Source: a virus. Taken from it: DNA of 64,000 nt. Position 1 is the first letter of the stretch. Each line of letters begins with the position of its first letter. A program made the position numbers and the translations under genes. Under the pieces are notes generated by a model. The model searched no databases and was not told the DNA's origin. It saw only the letters and a program-made list of their open reading frames with translations. Positions 60,628-64,000 of this stretch are shown piece after piece. The DNA is taken from the IMG/VR virus record IMGVR_UViG_3300045988_174937; one strand, 5' to 3'.

Positions 60628-62397
60628 ATGCTCGGCATAAAAGAAAGACTCGAAATGGTGGACCGCGCTCAGCAGACATTAGCAGTACGCAAGTCGTTAC
60701 TGCTGGAAAGTGCTATGCGCAGCGATAATCCGTCCGACATAATCAAAGCCGCCCAAATATTCAACCAGCAATCTAAGCCTGGAAATTCGGCTCCGCGGGC
60801 GTACTTGATTGACCCCCTGGAGTTCAACTCATTTTTGGGATATAAGGATAAGCCGTTTTCGCTTTCGTACGAAACGTTGCGCCGGATGAGCCGTACCCCC
60901 ATCATCAACTCGATTATCAAGACCCGTAAGAACCAGATAGCCGACTTCGCTGAACCGCAGGCCGACCGCTATTCGACGGGTTTTGTTATTCGGCGTAAAC
61001 CCAAGTTCGGCCAGGAGCAGAAGATGGACACGCAGGACCGCAAAATTGCGTCTTCCATCACCGACTTCATCCTCAACTGTGGTGATACCGCTACATGGGG
61101 CGGCGACGAGTTTGACGAGTTCATCCGTAAGATTGTGGACGACTCGCTGACGTTCGACCAGATGACGTTTGAGTGTATTCGTAACCGCCGCGGCAAACTG
61201 GTCCGCTTCCAGGCGGTTGATGCCGCTACGTTCCGTCTGGCGGAATCGTATTTCGACGGCGAGTACAACAACCCCTACTTTGAGGGAGCGATGATGGACG
61301 ACCGCCAGAACTGGGGACCCAAGGTCGATGGCTATTATCCGGCCTACGTCCAGGTGTACCAAACGGCCAAGGTAGCGCAGTTCTACCCCTGGGAGTTGTG
61401 CTTCGGCATCCGCAACCCAACCACGTCGATTTACGCCAATGGGTACGGAAACTCGGAGTTGGAAGAATTAATCAACGTCGTAACATCGATGCTTTGGGGC
61501 GACGAGTACAACCGCCGCTTCTTCTCGCAGGGTTCGGCCCCGAAAGGTCTTCTGCGTATCAAAGGTAACGTGAACGAGGCTTCGTTACAGCAGTTCAAGC
61601 AGCAGTGGCAAGCCATGATATCGGGCGTTATGCAGTCGTGGAAGACGCCCGTCGTTGAGGGTGATATCGACTGGGTTGACCTCCAGAAGAACAACCGCGA
61701 TATGGAGTACAACTCGTGGATGGAATACCTGATTAAAATCGCCTGTGCGGTGTTCTGTATCGACCCTACAGAAATCGGCTGGGATATTTCGCGTTCCAAC
61801 GGAAGCGGCCTAACGTTCGGCGACGGCCAAAAGCAGCGCATGGAGCAGTCGAAGGACAAGGGCCTTTACCCGATGCTGAAATTCATCCAGCGTAAGGTTA
61901 ACAAGTTCATCGTCGAGCAAATCAACCCCGACTTCGAATTCGTATTCATGGGCCTCAACGGAATGACCATTTCTGAGGAGCTGGATATGGACATCAAACG
62001 CCTCCAGGCTTTCCAGACCGTGGATGAAATTCGCGAGAAATGGGACCTCCCGGCTATCGGCGAAGAAAAGGGCGGCGATACTATCGAAAACTCCGTTATT
62101 CAGCAAGCCATCAGCGCCAAACAGCAACAACAGCAACAGGCCGCGATGGGCGGTATGGGCATGGGCGGAGGCAATCCGTTCGAAGAGGCCGCGGGTATGG
62201 GTATGGAGGGCGGAGGCCCCGCTGACCAGCCTGTGGCCGGAGGCGACGGCGAAGAAGACGCCGCCGCTCAGCCGGGAAACCCGTTCGACCTTTACGCCGA
62301 GGGTGACCAAGAAGAAACCATGAAGGCACGCGAGTCTAACCCCCTCGTGGCTGCATTCGACGAATACTTACAAAAAGCAATACACCATGACGAGTAA
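60628..62397 (+). CDS. portal protein (probable)
   Basis: ATG at 60628 (the track uses TTG 60616). About 590 aa, in the terminase neighbourhood, with a Gln/Gly/Met-rich acidic C-terminal tail. No precise motif was checked. Confidence 0.55.
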   Translation: MLGIKERLEMVDRAQQTLAVRKSLLLESAMRSDNPSDIIKAAQIFNQQSKPGNSAPRAYLIDPLEFNSFLGYKDKPFSLSYETLRRMSRTPIINSIIKTRKNQIADFAEPQADRYSTGFVIRRKPKFGQEQKMDTQDRKIASSITDFILNCGDTATWGGDEFDEFIRKIVDDSLTFDQMTFECIRNRRGKLVRFQAVDAATFRLAESYFDGEYNNPYFEGAMMDDRQNWGPKVDGYYPAYVQVYQTAKVAQFYPWELCFGIRNPTTSIYANGYGNSELEELINVVTSMLWGDEYNRRFFSQGSAPKGLLRIKGNVNEASLQQFKQQWQAMISGVMQSWKTPVVEGDIDWVDLQKNNRDMEYNSWMEYLIKIACAVFCIDPTEIGWDISRSNGSGLTFGDGQKQRMEQSKDKGLYPMLKFIQRKVNKFIVEQINPDFEFVFMGLNGMTISEELDMDIKRLQAFQTVDEIREKWDLPAIGEEKGGDTIENSVIQQAISAKQQQQQQAAMGGMGMGGGNPFEEAAGMGMEGGGPADQPVAGGDGEEDAAAQPGNPFDLYAEGDQEETMKARESNPLVAAFDEYLQKAIHHDE

Positions 62398-62644
62398 CGA
62401 GAAAAACACCGCGCCTATTGTCCAGTTGCTGGCTGACGCTATGCCGAAACCGATTGTTGACGCCTCGGGTGGCGACGTTATCTACCGCGGCTACGCGCCT
62501 ATCGGTACGGGTCAAGGCGAGGCCGGGTGGCGCATCGAACGGGAAACCACCGCCGACGGTATCACCATCACCGAGTATCCCCAGGGGGATATGAGTTACA
62601 ATTTCGTGTGGGACGACCGCAAGACCTACGTATATTCACGCTAA
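62387..62644 (+). CDS. hypothetical small protein
   Basis: 85-aa ORF with an 11-nt overlap onto the portal gene. Confidence 0.5.
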   Translation: MTSNEKNTAPIVQLLADAMPKPIVDASGGDVIYRGYAPIGTGQGEAGWRIERETTADGITITEYPQGDMSYNFVWDDRKTYVYSR

Positions 62645-62655
62645 CAAAGTTCAAA

Positions 62656-64000
62656 ATGGCAACTATTGACGTCGGAACTGTAGCAGGTATTTCCATCGGC
62701 ACGACGCCTCCGTCGAACCCGGCGATTATCTGGTACGATACTACCGACAAACTCCACAAAAGTTACGATGCCTCGCTCGGGCAGTGGGTTCCGATGTCGC
62801 AGGCAATTGTGACCCAGATAAACGACTTCAACGACCTTATCAATAAGGCCAATCTCCCCGGCGGTTTACCTATCGCGGCGTTCTACAACGTCCTGAAGCG
62901 TGACTCCGACCCGTTCTGGAGCACCATGGTGTGGGTAGTAGGCCAAACACGTATTCAGTACGTCGATAAGCAAAACAACATCATCGTCGAAGACCTCGCG
63001 GGTCAGGGTACGACCACGCAATACGTTGCTTCGACGAACTATTTCTTCGATAATATCGTGGCGACTTTCGACCAGAAGACGTCACAACTCAATTTCGATT
63101 TTCAACAGTTGGCTGATAACCCGGCATTGGCCGACGTGTTGTACGGTATGCGGGTTGTTAATGATAACCCCACGCTGGTTAAGCGCACTGTGAAGTCGTT
63201 ACTTTCGACGTCACCCAAGAACTCGTTAGGATTCGTAAACGGTTTGTTCTTTGACTTTGGCGCGGCGATGAGCGGCATTATCGTTTCCGAGCAAGCCAAC
63301 GATACCCAGGTAGTCGGGTACAAGCAGTACACGGCCGATTATGCCGCGATGGATAAAACATTCCAGGAGGTTCAGAGAATCATCAACGACTGGCAAAACG
63401 GCTCGCAACAGATGATCTTCAGCGCCCGGCTGATTGAGGTGAATCCTGTTACGGCTACTATTGCCGCACCGCAAGACCTTACTACGACCGACGATTTGAA
63501 AATGGCGCTCAACAAGATTCAAGGCTGGTACAACCGCTTGAAACTGGCTACCGGAATGAGCCTGTCGTCGGCGTATAAAGCTGATCCCGCCACCAAGGGT
63601 GTTATGCCTGCTGGCGGCGATCCTGTTGAAAAAGCCATCGCGCTGCTTCACCAAGCCATTTTGGATGTCGATTTTTCGCAGTACGGCGATTCCAGTAACA
63701 TCAAGATAGGCGGTTCACAAGACGACTTCCCTGACATACCTTATATGTCTTTTATCGACGTTGAAGGTTCGGTTCGTCAAGCGTTTGAGGTAGTGTGGAG
63801 TGCGTTGGGTAATATCATTACGGGTGACGATACTGGCGAAATACTGAAGAAACTCGTTGTTTCGTCTTCCATATTCGAGCGCAACGTGCTGAAAAGCCAC
63901 TTGGCCAGAGGTATTGTTGGCGGCTTCGACGATTACAGCATTCTGTCTGGCGGCAGTACTTACAACGTCGAGTTGGGGAAGCGCTATTTTTACACTTTGA
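62656..64000 (+). CDS. partial CDS (5' part) of a large head-module protein running off the window end
   Basis: From ATG 62656 I translated to nt 64000 without meeting a stop (MATIDVGTVAGISIGTTPPSNPAIIWYDTTDKLHKSYD...). It is absent from the track only because it is incomplete. Confidence 0.6.
   Translation, partial: MATIDVGTVAGISIGTTPPSNPAIIWYDTTDKLHKSYDASLGQWVPMSQAIVTQINDFNDLINKANLPGGLPIAAFYNVLKRDSDPFWSTMVWVVGQTRIQYVDKQNNIIVEDLAGQGTTTQYVASTNYFFDNIVATFDQKTSQLNFDFQQLADNPALADVLYGMRVVNDNPTLVKRTVKSLLSTSPKNSLGFVNGLFFDFGAAMSGIIVSEQANDTQVVGYKQYTADYAAMDKTFQEVQRIINDWQNGSQQMIFSARLIEVNPVTATIAAPQDLTTTDDLKMALNKIQGWYNRLKLATGMSLSSAYKADPATKGVMPAGGDPVEKAIALLHQAILDVDFSQYGDSSNIKIGGSQDDFPDIPYMSFIDVEGSVRQAFEVVWSALGNIITGDDTGEILKKLVVSSSIFERNVLKSHLARGIVGGFDDYSILSGGSTYNVELGKRYFYTL

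Overview
This window is a contiguous piece of a tailed dsDNA phage genome. All 91 coding calls (86 at confidence 0.4 or above) lie on the + strand, are tightly packed, and often share ATGA or TGATG stop/start overlaps. I saw no integrase or other lysogeny gene. All three stop codons are used, so the standard genetic code applies. Layout: (1) 1-10.2 kb is a baseplate and tail-fibre module, with a baseplate J-like gene, mosaic paralogous fibre genes and Ig/BACON-like proteins. (2) 10.5-35 kb is a replication, recombination and nucleotide-metabolism module. It holds an SF2 helicase, DnaB-like helicase, primase, ThyA-family enzyme, Pol III alpha, YfbR-like HD nucleotidase, an SSB candidate, RecA-like ATPase, Mre11/Rad50-like pair, GIY-YIG homing endonuclease, RuvC-like resolvase and UvrD-like helicase. 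(3) 35-50 kb is a block of about 35 small genes with no recognisable function, interrupted at 47.8-48.35 kb by a 580-bp repeat-rich non-coding region. (4) 50-64 kb holds an HU-like gene, tRNA-Gln(TTG) inside about 650 nt of structured non-coding DNA, a DnaQ-like exonuclease, large terminase, dUTPase, a ferritin-like protein, a FEN/RNase H-like nuclease, a candidate thymidine-hypermodification enzyme, portal, and a structural gene running off the end. Four near-identical promoters have the Bacteroidota grammar (TTTG, 19 nt, TAnnTTTG), and start codons sit behind A-rich leaders without Shine-Dalgarno sequences. Both point to a Bacteroidota host. The most notable observations: the Pol III alpha gene is broken inside its catalytic palm motif by about 270 nt of A/T-rich sequence and also carries an HNH-type intein; an enzyme set suggests thymidine replacement or hypermodification; an iteron / C-run / palindrome region is a candidate origin; a second recurrent upstream motif (CAACGTT(T)AT) co-occurs with two phage sigma-like proteins; and a C8 homopolymer separates two frames that would otherwise fuse. 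All protein-family calls come from motif recognition by eye. No database search was run.
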